A stretch of 64,000 nucleotides of DNA from an uncultured delta proteobacterium (lineage in GTDB: Bacteria; Desulfobacterota; Binatia; Binatales; Binataceae): NCBI GenBank assembly GCA_963724765.1, contig CAVRVY010000001.1, positions 864,001 through 928,000 of the forward strand, given 5' to 3'. A model generated the notes under the pieces. It saw nothing but the letters and a program-made list of their open reading frames with translations. It was not told the origin of the DNA and made no database searches. Shown piece by piece: positions 9,674 to 19,699 of the stretch; position 1 is the first letter of the stretch, and each line of letters begins with the position of its first letter. The position numbers were made by a program, and so were the translations under genes.

Positions 9674-11931
9674 TCACTTACCGGTATCGCGCTTCTGCGG
9701 CGTCGGAGGGAAATCAGCGGCCTGGCGCCGCGTCGCCAGCGCGGCGGCGCGCTCCAGCCCTGAGTGATCGAACGTCATCACCATCATTGCCGGATCGCGC
9801 GGCATCGAAGCGGGCGAAAGCGGAACAGGATAAGGAAAATAGATTTGACTGGCATTAGCACGGTAGGTCCGGATCGTCGACTCGAGCAAATCGTACCGGC
9901 CCTCGATTCCCACCGCTATAAGGCCGGCCTGCGATGGGCCGAGGACAGCTTTGAAATGAAAATAATGAGGATTGGCGTTCGTCTCTGTGAATACCGCGCC
10001 ACCGAACCAGTCACCTGGCAGCAGGCCGAGTTGTTGGGCCCGTTCCGGGCTGAGCGAGGCGAGGTCGCCGCCGAGAACGAGGTAGCGCTCGGCTGCGAGC
10101 AGTAGCGCTTCGAACCGCGCGCGGTCCATGCGTCGCTGCATGTCCAGCGCGGTCAGATCGCGATAAGGAACGAGAGTCTGTGGTGAGATCCGGTATAGCG
10201 TAACGCCTCCGATATCGATCGGCTGGGTGTCCAGGGAGGCGAGCAGCTTTTCTGTCGGAACACGCTCCCGATCAATGGTTGGCCATAGCAGCCAGTTATC
10301 AATGACGCGCCGACCGCCCATGCGCGCGACCAGATAGTAGGTACGAGATCCAACTATAATCGCGCTCACGCCGTGGTTGGCGAGATAAGCCTTCAATTGA
10401 TCACCGGCTTGGGGCACACCAGCAACGTTATAAAGCCCCGCCATGATCGGCCAGCCGCTATGCCCCTTGGGTATCGGAGGTGCATAACCGGCGTAGCCGC
10501 CTACCGTTCGGAAATACATGCCCGTTACTGCCTGCCACAGCATCCCCTCGCCGAGATATCCGAAGGGCAGTGTCGCAACAGTCTGGCCCGGAGCGATGTA
10601 TTGGCGATACAGACCGCTGCTGAAGAAGACGGGAACCTCGACCGGTGTTGCCCAGAACGATGCAGACAGGTTGGGCAACATAAACGGAATGATCGCCAAG
10701 CTGAGCGTCCAGCCCACCATTCGTCCCCCGCTCTCTCGACTCAACCACATGGATATCAATACGGCTGCCGCCAGGTAGGCGTATATCGTGAAGCGCCCGG
10801 GCAACGCTTTTTCGAGCAGTGGTATAGCCGCAAGCGCCGCACCCGGAAGCGGCATGATGGCGTGGCCGGCGATTTCGAGAAACGGCCCCATCGCGAGAAT
10901 GCAGGCGCAGGCGAGCATACATATCACGTATCTGCCGACGCGGTCGTGCCAGCGTTCACGCGCGAACAGCACGATGATCGCCAGCAGCGGAAGTCCAAAG
11001 TAAGCGCGGCTCTCCGACAGGTCCGCGCGAAAATAAGAGGCAATGGCGTTGAACAGCGGCAGGCGTCCGAGTTCGTTGACGTTGGTTGGTACGAGAAAAT
11101 TCTAAAGTCCGCTGCGTTGTTTTTGGGCGATAAAATGGTTCCCTCCGGCATCCCGAACACCAGCATGTAATACAGATAGGGCGACAGGATGACCGCACTG
11201 ATTGCGTATGCCGCGCCGATCGACCATGCCGCCGACACAATCCGTCCGTACTCGTCAGGTGAGGAGGCCGTGCGCGCGGCAAGCGTGATCGCGATCGCGC
11301 CGAAGAGTGCGGCGCTGGCGAAAATCTCGACTGACAGCAGAAACTGCGCGATCATCAGCAGCGCCAACAGGGCTACGAAGCTCCGCGCTTTCAACTCACC
11401 GGCGAGGCGTCGCAACGTGCCCAAACCAGGAGCGGTACCGAAAACACCAGCATGAGGAGTCCACCACCGATCATCGCGGTCAACATGTAAGGCGAAAAAG
11501 CGAAGAGGCATCCACCAAGCCACGCTGGCCAGAAGCGCCGTACAACTTCGCGGCGCAGGCACGAATGCGGACCATCCCGCAAGTGGCAAACCGATCAAAT
11601 GCGCGACATTGCAGGAGACGATCGGCCCATATCAAGCCGCGTAACCGGATAGAGCAGACAGCTAGCCAACGGAAAATCAGTGGCCCAGGTCAGGTTGACG
11701 CCCGAGGGAGCCCATATTGCAGTGGTCAGGACCGGATTCAGACGATGCAGAATGGCGTGCGCCCACCAGGCCACAAACCAGATGTTCTGTACCGCGTAGG
11801 GCCGCGGCCGAGATAGGCGGCCGCCGGATCGGGCGAGCACGCCACGTCCGAAGATGAGGAGTGACAACGCCAGGTAGGATAGAAATGCACTCACGGCCTG
11901 GCGGCCAGATAGAAACCGTGGGTGCCGTCAT
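9674..11931 (-). pseudogene. GT-C/YfhO-like paralog copy 5; 5' half frameshifted several times
   Basis: Homology is split over ORFs 11677..11931, 11595..11894, 11391..11582, 10924..11598 and 9674..10972. The C-terminal 432 aa are intact and closest to copy 4. Confidence 0.75.
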
Positions 11932-13591
11932 TTCCCTCGGATCGATAAGTCCAATCGGCCTCCGCGGCTTGTTTCGCTTCGCTTTCGCTTCAACATCGTC
12001 TGAGCCTGCTTTGTCATCGGATGTCCTGTTTCAGTGGCCGACTGCACGCGTCGACGCCGTAGGAACCAAATCAGCTTCTGCTGCTGTATCGTTGCCGCCG
12101 CGGCGTGCTCCAGTCCCGCATGATCGAACGTCATCACCATCATCGCGGGCTCGCGCGGCACCGAAGAAGGCGAGAACGGCTGAGCGGTAGCGGCCTCGAC
12201 CCTGTCTTCCATTCCAGCAGCCAGCTTGGCCTTGGCGCCGAACGCTCCTGAGCGAAGGCCGCAATCCTGCAGCCCTCAGCCCCCAGGGTTTCGCCCAAAA
12301 ACTCGGACAGACTGCTCGCCTCCTTAAATACCCAACCACTCGAGATTGGCGGCATCACGCTCTACCGAGTTGCGTCACAGAAGCGGATTATCGGCTCGAG
12401 CGGGGTGGCCGTCGAACTGAGGGCCCGTACGAGGCTCTCGCCCCGTACCGTAACTTGACTGCGCTCGAGATGCAGCAGCGCGCCTCCGTGTACGTTATGG
12501 TCGGCCAGCGCACCGTGGTCGCCACAACGGGCTGATTTCCTATGCGCAGGACCAGATAGTAAGAGCGAGATCCGACGACAATTGCGCGTACGTCGTGATT
12601 GGCCATGTAGGCCTTCAGCTGGTCGCCAGCCTCAGGCACTCCGAGGTCATTGTACAACCCTGTCATGATCGGCCAGCTTCTATGCTCGGCCGGCACCGGC
12701 GGTACGCCTGACGAATAACCTCCAGCCATCCGAAAATACATGTCGGTTATTGCCTGCCAGAGCATTGCTTCGCCGAGATATCCATAGGGCAATACCATCA
12801 CGTTCTCGCCAGGAACAATATATTGACGATAAAGGCCGCTGCGGAAGAACTTCGGAACCTCGGCGGAGGTTGTCCAGAACGACGCGGACAGATTGGGTAG
12901 CATGAATGGAATGATCGCTAGGCCGAGTCCCCATCGCAGCTCTTTTCGCCCGCTCTCGTCAGCAAGACACGTTGCGACTATTATGGCGAGTGCTAGGTAG
13001 GCGTATGGCATCAGGCGTCCAGGCTGCGCCGTGTCTATTAGCGGCAAGGCCGCAAGGGCCGCGCCCGGAAGTGGCAAGACACGGTAGCCCAGGATCTCAA
13101 GTAGAGGTCCCATCGCGAAGATGCAGGCGGCCGCGAACATGGACACCATGAATCTGCCCCCCGCGGTCGTGCCAGCGCTTACACGCGAACAGCGCGATGA
13201 TCGCGAGCATCGGTAAACCTATGTAGCCGCCGCTATCGTAAAGGGTCGCAATAAACCGATGCGTAGTGGCCCGAAACAGCGGAAGGATACGATCGGCCCC
13301 CACAACCGAGTAACCGGATAGAGGAGGCACGCTGCCAGAGGAAAGTCGCAAGCCCAGGCAAGGTTGCCGCCAGAGGGTGCCCAGACCACCTTGGGTAAGA
13401 GAGGATTCAGATGATGCGAAAGGGCGTGGGCCCACCAGGCCAGAAACCAGATGTAGACCTGCGGGTCTGGCCCCTGACCGATATAGGAGCTCGCCGGATG
13501 GACAAGCACGCCGCGCCCGAAAGATCAGGACCGACCCTGCCAGATATGACAGAAACGCAGCGCCGGCATGGCTTCGCGTCTGCTTGTGCAT
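11928..13591 (-). pseudogene. GT-C/YfhO-like paralog copy 6; internal deletion, frameshifts and scrambled 3' part
   Basis: Starts MHKQTRSHAGAAFLSYL (ATG 13591 after GGAGG). GQGPDPQVYIW in 13219..13509. Jumps from GPIVS directly to LPLFRATTHRF near 13285, losing several TM helices. 12388..13149 is the middle; 12198-12487 is inverted and shuffled; the PREPAMMVMTFDH tail lies in 11928..12212. Confidence 0.75.
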
Positions 13592-13702
13592 CCTCCAACT
13601 CCTACGCAATCAATCCGCCCCGCTGCATCTCCGAGGACGCGCGCTCCGCCGGATGTCAAATCACTTTCCGTAATCTCTTGGAGCGGTAATGGGCCGTCTC
13701 GT

Positions 13703-13731
13703 AATCTACAAGAGGTTAAAGCATCGTACAA
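13703..13731 (-). promoter_or_regulatory. Possible sigma70-type internal promoter upstream of copy 6
   Basis: Minus strand TTGTAC-N17-TAGATT in an AT-richer intergenic gap. Confidence 0.3.
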
Positions 13732-13733
13732 CT

Positions 13734-16057
13734 TTACAAGGCGAGATTGATGCATAAGGGCGGCGGATTTCGGAGGGGGGCGTGGTCTATCGAGTCACGG
13801 GGGATGCTGGCCGGTAACAGCAATGTCGGGTCCGCGTCCTGATGGGCGGCTGATGCGGCAGCGCGGGCGAGGCCAGCGCGGTCGAACGTAATCACCATCA
13901 TTGCCGGTCCGCGCGGGGTCGAAACCGGCAACCAGCGGCGTCGGGTATGGAAAATAGATTCGAGTAGCATCGGCGCGGTAGCTCTGTATTATCGGCTCGA
14001 GCGCATCGTACGAGCCCTCGATTCCCACCGCTGTCCCATCCGGCTGCGCGGGGCCGAGAACAATGCTGGAATGAAAGATCGGGTTGGAGTCGCCGGCGCC
14101 GGGCAGCGCTCCACCGAACCATCCTTGCGGTAGCAGGCCGAGTTGCTGCGCACGTCCGGGGCTGAGCGATGCGAGTTCGCCGCCCATGTCCAGATAGCGT
14201 TGAGCGCCGAACAGCAGTGCCTCGAACCGGGCCAAGTCGGCGCGCTGCTCCATCGCGAGCGCGGTCAGCTTGCGATACGGCGCAAGCGTTTGCGGTGTCA
14301 GTCGATAAAACGTGACGCCGGCAGCTTCGATTCCGGCCACGCCCAGTGAGTCCAGCATCGCTAAAGTCGCGTCGCGCTCGGGCGCGAGTGTCGGCGCTCG
14401 CAGCCAAGTGGTGGCGGTGCGGCGTCCGCCGATCGAGCCGACGCGGTACTGACGGCGCGGTCCGCCGATGACGGCACCGACGTCGTGATTAGCCAGATAC
14501 GCTTTCAACTGATCGCCGGCCGCGGGGACACCCCTTATCTGATACAGCCCCGCAATAATCGGCCAGCGGCTATGTTCCTCGGGCACTGGCGGCGCGAAAG
14601 TCACGTAACCCTCCGCCATCCGGAAATACATACCGCTCACCGCCTGCCACAGCATCCCTTCGCCCAGTATTCCATAGGGCAGCACGATCACGGTCTCGCC
14701 CGGCGCGAGGTATTGGCGATAAACGCCGGCGCTGAAGAAGGCGGGTAATTCGGCCGACGTTACCCAGTACGATGCCGACAAATTGGGGAGCATGAATGCC
14801 ACGATCGCGAGTCCGAGCGCCCAGCGCAGTTTCTTCTTGCGCTGTCCTCGGCGAGCCACATCGCGACGATCACGGCCAGCACCAGGTACGCGTACAACAT
14901 GAAACGCGCGGGCAGCGCCTTGTCGAGCAGCGGCAGGCGAGCGAGTGCGGATCCCGGAAGACCCATAACTATTCGTCCGGCGAATTCGAACCGGGGCCCC
15001 ATCGCAAGCACGCAGACCACGATCAGAAGATGGACGAGGAATCTACCGCCCGGCGCATTCCAACGCTCGCGCGCGAAAAGAATCACGGTCGCAAGCAGGG
15101 GCAGCCCGAGGTAGGCGCCGGTCTCGGCCATCTCGGCGCGGAACTGATGCGCGATCGGAGCGAAAAGCGCCACCCGGCCAAGCTGATTGACCGTGGTCGG
15201 GATAGCGAAGCTCGTGAGGTCGATCGCGAAATGCCAGGGCGAGAAAATTTCTCCAGGCGCAGTCGGGAAGGCGAACATGTAATAGAGGTACGGCGAGACG
15301 ATGACCGCCGCGACCGCATAAGCGGCGGCGATAAGCGTCGCGGTCGCCAGCAGGCGGCGGCGCTCTGGTGGCGCCATTGCGGGCGTCGCGAGCAAAAACG
15401 CGATCGCTCCAAACAGCGTGGCACTGGCGACTATCTCGGCGAACAACAAAAACTGTGCGGCGATGAGAATCGCGAGCGCTGCCACGAAGCCCTGCGCGCC
15501 CAGGTTGCCGTCATCCGCCGCAGCGTCACATACGCGCCGAGCGGTATCGGCCACATCAGAACCAGGTCCATGTTGCCGAGCATCCGGCTCAACACATACG
15601 GGGAGAAAGCGAAGAGCAATCCGCCGAACATCGCCGGCCCCCATCCACCCACGACGTAACGGCAGAGCGCGAACGCACTCCATCCCGCGAGTGCCGGCGA
15701 CAGCAGGCAGAGCAGATTGTACGAGACGATCGGCCCGAAGGCGCGCGTGATCGGATATACCAGCCACGCCGCGAGCGGCATGTTGGCCGTCCAGGCGAGA
15801 TTGACGCCCGAGGGAGCCCAGATGACGCTGGTCAGAAATGGATTGAGGCCGTGCGAGATCGCATGTGCCCACCAGGCCATGAACCCGATGTATAGCTGCG
15901 GATCGGGTCCACGGCCGACGTAGACGGTCGCCGGATGGCCGATGATGGCGCGACCGAAAATGAGCAGTGACAGTGCGAGGTAGAGCAAAAATGCGCCTGC
16001 GGCCTGACGGTCGAAGAGGCGGCGAACGCGGGTTAATTCTTTGGCTTCTTCGGTCAT
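13734..16057 (-). pseudogene. GT-C/YfhO-like paralog copy 7; about three frameshifts
   Basis: Continuous homology across ORFs 15431..16057 (GRGPDPQLYI), 14760..15872, 13795..14859 (MLWQAVSGMYFRMAEGY) and 13734..13970 (PAMMVITFDRAGLARAA). Confidence 0.75.
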
Positions 16058-16111
16058 CCTGAGCGAAGCGAGTCTGCGAATCGACTCCGGCAGCCTTCGC
16101 TCAGGATGACC
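16052..16111. repeat. REP-like palindromic element, copy A
   Basis: Perfect 17-bp inverted repeat GGTCATCCTGAGCGAAG...CTTCGCTCAGGATGACC; related copies at 45127 and 53984. Confidence 0.8.
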
Positions 16112-16232
16112 CAGGAATTGAAGAGCTGAAAAATGATTCCAAGGAGCACAAACGCTTTTTCCGACTCATTCACACTAGCAACCCACGAGTGCCGTCGCTA
16201 TGCAACAGCGGTGCGGGTGAGCGGATCGCGGA

Positions 16233-18500
16233 TCAGCGCGGTGTCAATGTAGCCGAAGAATTCGAGTCGATAGTAGATGTGGACTGATTCGAATGAGATT
16301 TGGAGTCGAGATCGAGCCGCGGCGGCTCTGTGAGCGCCAATGCGGCGGCGCGAGCGAGTCCCTGACGATCGAAGGACATCATAAGTGTGTAATAGTACAC
16401 TCCAGCCGCGGCGAATAAAGTTTCTTTCGGCCGCAAGCGGGAAGGAAAATAGATACGTCGCGCGTACCCACCATAGCGATCGATTAACGGGCGCAAGGCA
16501 GTGCGGGATCCCAACAGCCCGAGCGTGATGATGCCGTCGGGTTCAACGCGCATATACAGTCGATAGTCAGTTGCTCGCGATGGCCTCGGCAGCCAGGCGG
16601 CCGGCAAACGTCCCAGCTTCGCGGCGCTTGTGGGTGAAAGCCCGGCAGGGTCGGCGCCCGAGGCGAGGTAGCCTTGCGCGGCGATCAGCAGCGCGCCGAA
16701 CCGTTGCGCATCCGCCAGCGTTTCCATCCGCGTCCAATCAAGTCCGCGGTAAGGCGCAAGCGTTGCGGGCGGCACGCGGTATAGCGTGATACCGCCCGCC
16801 GCGATCGCCGGCGTGCCCAGCGCCTCAACGATCGGTTCGATTGAAGGAAAATAAACCGGCATGGGATTGTTGACCATAAGGACCGCCGTCACCTGATGGC
16901 TGGCGGCAAAGGCTTTCCACTGATCGGCCGGGTCTGGAATCGTCGCGAGCTGATTGGCAGAGCGGACGATCGGCCATCGAAGATAAGACACAGGGCTGAG
17001 CGGCGGGTATCCGCCGGCCAGGCGAAAGTACATCCCGCTCAGCGCCTGCCACATCATACAGGCGTCGGCCTCGCCCCACGCATACGGCAGCGTCGCGACG
17101 ACCTCGCCCGGCGCAAGATACTGCCGGTAGATCCCGGTCGTAAAAAAACCCGGCGACGGCGCGACACTGTTGGGCTCGGCCCAAACCCGTGCCGACGGGT
17201 TGGGAAAGAGCGACACAAACACCAACCCGCCGGCGATGGCACGCGTCAACGCGCCGCGGTCCGGCGCCGCCAGCCACCTCGTGGCGAGGACGGCCAGCGT
17301 CAGGAACAGGTAAACGGTGAAGCGCAGCGGCAGCGCCTGATTGATTAGCGGCGTGCGATGGAGCAGCGACCACGGGAGCTTAAAGTAGATGTTGCCGGCC
17401 AGGTGGAGCCGCGGACCCATTGCCGCCACCGCCGTGACTATCAGCATCAGGCCGAGCAGTCTCGCCTCCAACGTGCGCCGGCGCTCGAGCGTAAACCAAA
17501 TCGCGATCGCCAGCAGCGGCAATCCAACATAGGCGGCCTGTTCGGCGACGCCGCTGGTGAAGCCGGCGGAGGCGCGGCGAAAGAGCCCGATCGCCGATCC
17601 TAGCGCGACCGTCCTGGTGGGAACCAGGAAATTCAACAGATCGGTGGAGTGCCAGCTCGGCGAATAGATCGGAGTCGTGCGAAAACCGGCGAACAGGTAG
17701 TACAGGTACGGACCGACGAGTATGGCCGTGCCCAGATAAGCGAAAAAAATCGGCACCGCCAGCTCCGCGATACGCCGGCGCAGATCGCGCTCGCCCATCG
17801 CCCACGCCCCTGCCAGCGCAAGCGCGCCGAAGATAGTCATCGTGGCGAGAATCTCAGTCGCGATCAGAAACTGCGCCGTCGTCAGCGCGAGCAATCCCAG
17901 CGTGAAGGTGCGCCTTTCGATGCGCCGCTGCAGTCGCGCCAGTACCAGGTAAACGGCGAGCGGGATGAGGAACGCCGCGAGCAGATTCAGATGCCCGCCG
18001 AACATCTGCGCGAGCATGTAGGAGGAAAAACCGAAGATGTAACCGCCCAGCAGCGAAGGCTCTAAGCGTTCGGTGAGACTGTGGCAAAGCAGGAATGCGG
18101 TCCACGCCGTGAGTGCGGGACATGCGACGCAGAGCAGGTTGAAAGCCGTAATCGGCCCCACGGTTGCGGTCAGCGGCAGCGCGAGCAGGCTTAGCAGTGG
18201 AATCGAGGTCGACCAGGTCAGATTGAAACCGGCGGGCGCGAAGATGAGCTTGCTGATGAACGGATTGAGATGATGGGCGATCGCGTACGGCCACCATACC
18301 AGGCACCAGATGAAGAAGGCCTGATCGATCCCGCGTCCCAGGTAGATGGTGGTGAAGTGAGACGCGTCGGCGCGCGCGAACAGCAACGCCGAGAAGCCCA
18401 GGTAAATAATCAGCGCTGCAAGGCGCGGCCGGCTCTTGACCGCCGCGGCGAGCGCCGCGGAAATGCTTCGCTGGCGCGAGTCGGCCTCCATCACCGGCAC
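16233..18500 (-). CDS. GT-C/YfhO-like membrane glycosyltransferase, paralog copy 8 (first in transcription order)
   Basis: 755 aa; GRGIDQAFFIWCLVWWPYA, NPFISK.IFAPAGFNLTWSTS, GGHLNLL, MWQALSGMYFRLAGGY. Confidence 0.8.
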   Translation of the reverse strand: MPVMEADSRQRSISAALAAAVKSRPRLAALIIYLGFSALLFARADASHFTTIYLGRGIDQAFFIWCLVWWPYAIAHHLNPFISKLIFAPAGFNLTWSTSIPLLSLLALPLTATVGPITAFNLLCVACPALTAWTAFLLCHSLTERLEPSLLGGYIFGFSSYMLAQMFGGHLNLLAAFLIPLAVYLVLARLQRRIERRTFTLGLLALTTAQFLIATEILATMTIFGALALAGAWAMGERDLRRRIAELAVPIFFAYLGTAILVGPYLYYLFAGFRTTPIYSPSWHSTDLLNFLVPTRTVALGSAIGLFRRASAGFTSGVAEQAAYVGLPLLAIAIWFTLERRRTLEARLLGLMLIVTAVAAMGPRLHLAGNIYFKLPWSLLHRTPLINQALPLRFTVYLFLTLAVLATRWLAAPDRGALTRAIAGGLVFVSLFPNPSARVWAEPNSVAPSPGFFTTGIYRQYLAPGEVVATLPYAWGEADACMMWQALSGMYFRLAGGYPPLSPVSYLRWPIVRSANQLATIPDPADQWKAFAASHQVTAVLMVNNPMPVYFPSIEPIVEALGTPAIAAGGITLYRVPPATLAPYRGLDWTRMETLADAQRFGALLIAAQGYLASGADPAGLSPTSAAKLGRLPAAWLPRPSRATDYRLYMRVEPDGIITLGLLGSRTALRPLIDRYGGYARRIYFPSRLRPKETLFAAAGVYYYTLMMSFDRQGLARAAALALTEPPRLDLDSKSHSNQSTSTIDSNSSATLTPR

Positions 18501-18561
18501 GTTTCTACCGACGCGCGCCTGCCGATACGCTCCGGTCGATACGCTCGTCGAGATGCCGGGT

Positions 18562-19638
18562 TCAGCGCTCGGCCGCGGCCGAGCGCGCGCGGCTTGAGGG
18601 CGCCAGCGTTTCCGCCGCTTCGAGGAGGCATCGCTCAGTGGTCGGCCAATCGATACAGGGGTCGGTAACCGAGACTCCGTACTTGAGCTGCGAGCGGTCG
18701 GCCATCAGCGGCTGGTTGCCGGCGCTGATGAAACTTTCGAGCATCACGCCCATGATGGCGCGACTGCCCGCGCGCACCTGTTCGCACAGCGCGGCGAACA
18801 CTTCGGGCTGTTTGCGATAGTCCTTGCTGGTCTGCGCGTGCGAACAATCGACCATCACGCGCGGCTCCAGGCCCGCCTTGCGCAGGATGCGGCAGCATTC
18901 GTCGATACTGAGCGCGTCGTAGTTGGGCGTACGCCCGCCGCGCAGCACCACGTGGGTGTCCGGATTGCCGCTGGTGCGCACGATCGCCGTCATGCCGTCC
19001 TGCGTGATGCCGATGAACGAGTGCGGGCGGCGCGCTGACTCGATCGCGTTGACCGCGACCTGCAGGTTACCCTCGGTGCTGTTCTTGAAACCGACCGGCA
19101 TCGAGAGCCCGCTCGCCATCTCGCGATGGGTCTGCGATTCGGTGGTGCGAGCGCCGATCGCCGTCCATGAGACCAGGTCGGCGATGTACTGCGGCGTGAT
19201 CGGATCGAGCATCTCGGTGCCGGCCGGCAGCCCGAGCGCGTTGATCTCGAGCAGCAGGCGTCGCGCGCGGAACAGCCCCTCGCGCATGTCGCACGAGTCG
19301 TCCATGTGCGGGTCGTTGATCATGCCCTTCCATCCGACGGTGGTACGCGGCTTCTCGAAGTACACGCGCATCACGATGAACAGCCGCTTTTCGAGTTGTG
19401 CGCGCAGGCGGGCCAGGCGCGCGGCGTAGTCCAGCGCGGCGGCCGGGTCGTGGATCGAACAGGGCCCCACGATGCACATCAGGCGCGCGTCTTCGCCGCG
19501 AATGATGCGGCGCACGGTCTGACGAGCCTCGACCACGGTGCGGGCGGTGCGGTCGTCGATCGCGAGTTGCTCCTTGAGCAGGCGCGGCGCGACCAGCGCT
19601 TCAGTGGTAATGACGTGCAGGTCTTGAATTTTTTGCAT
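18562..19638 (-). CDS. aroF: 3-deoxy-7-phosphoheptulonate (DAHP) synthase, class I alpha (AroF/AroG/AroH type)
   Basis: VGPCSIHD, MRVYFEKPRTTVGWKG.INDP, IGARTTESQTHREMASG, DCSHA, YGVSVTDPC. The isoenzyme cannot be resolved from sequence alone. Confidence 0.93.
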   Translation of the reverse strand: MQKIQDLHVITTEALVAPRLLKEQLAIDDRTARTVVEARQTVRRIIRGEDARLMCIVGPCSIHDPAAALDYAARLARLRAQLEKRLFIVMRVYFEKPRTTVGWKGMINDPHMDDSCDMREGLFRARRLLLEINALGLPAGTEMLDPITPQYIADLVSWTAIGARTTESQTHREMASGLSMPVGFKNSTEGNLQVAVNAIESARRPHSFIGITQDGMTAIVRTSGNPDTHVVLRGGRTPNYDALSIDECCRILRKAGLEPRVMVDCSHAQTSKDYRKQPEVFAALCEQVRAGSRAIMGVMLESFISAGNQPLMADRSQLKYGVSVTDPCIDWPTTERCLLEAAETLAPSSRARSAAAER

Positions 19639-19699
19639 CGGACGACCGTATATCTTTACCGGAAAGGGCGACTGATAATAAAGGTACGCTGGCGCGAGG

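Noticed and set aside
12247-12258. CCTGAGCGAAGG resembling the REP core inside the scrambled block
   Set aside because: Explained by codons for L-S-E-G of the inverted paralog segment; no GTCAT end or partner arm.
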